Assembly: GCF_018977255.1 (NCBI RefSeq)
Contig: NW_024704742.1
Coordinates: forward strand, 91,762,001-91,826,000
DNA: 64,000 nucleotides
Direction: 5' to 3'
From: Callorhinchus milii
Taxonomy: Eukaryota
Both the position numbers and the translations under genes were made by a program. Shown here piece by piece: positions 63,763-64,000 of this stretch. Positions within the stretch are counted from its first letter, which is position 1, and the number at the start of each line of letters is the position of its first letter. The notes under the pieces are model-generated. The model was not told the DNA's origin. It saw nothing but the letters and a program-made list of their open reading frames with translations, and did no database searches.

Positions 63763-64000
63763 GGAGCCCTGTAGCTCAGTGGTTAGAACACACGCCTTGC
63801 AAGCAAGAGACCTGGATTTGATTCCCAGCAGGGCGAAATGTTGTGCAAATTTCCTTACTCCACATGCCTTTGTTTACCTAGCAGTAAGTAGGAACTCAGT
63901 TGTTAGTCGATTGGCAGATTGTTTTTCCCGGTGTAATAATTCCTTAAAAAAAAATTGGTCACTTCAATCCATGACTGTTTGTGGGACACTGCTGTACACG
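63763..64000 (+). mobile_element. tRNA-SINE, long subfamily, runs off the window end
   Basis: ggagccctgtagctcagtggttagaac...ccttgcaagc...cagggcgaa head, then tttacctagcagtaagtaggaactc. Confidence 0.92.

Overview
Eukaryotic, repeat-rich, CpG-poor vertebrate DNA that looks intronic or intergenic. The repeats are L2 LINEs with (TTG)n tails, CR1 LINE 3' ends with ATTCTATG tails, Deu-domain SINEs and a tRNA-headed SINE with an L2-type (ATT)n tail. This set points to a cartilaginous fish, possibly a chimaera (inference). Almost every listed ORF is an L2/CR1 fragment, its antisense shadow, or noise; the longest (14672-15667, -) is a broken L2 reverse transcriptase. There is no intact gene, rRNA, CRISPR array or prokaryotic system. 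Manual translation shows decayed transposase fossils of hAT type (~44.5-46.0 kb) and piggyBac type (~47.8-49.2 kb), an RTE fragment and two Tc1/mariner-type MITEs. The clearest unexplained structure is a ~590-bp block (L2 3' end plus 159 bp of its flank) copied from 5.4-6.0 kb into another L2 at 13.6-14.2 kb, with a microhomology junction. Several small minus-strand exon candidates, best at 21820-21908, 22009-22024 and 25504-25542, may belong to a host gene I cannot identify. I found no convincing new biological system. Repeat boundaries are approximate and family names come from recognition, not database searches.
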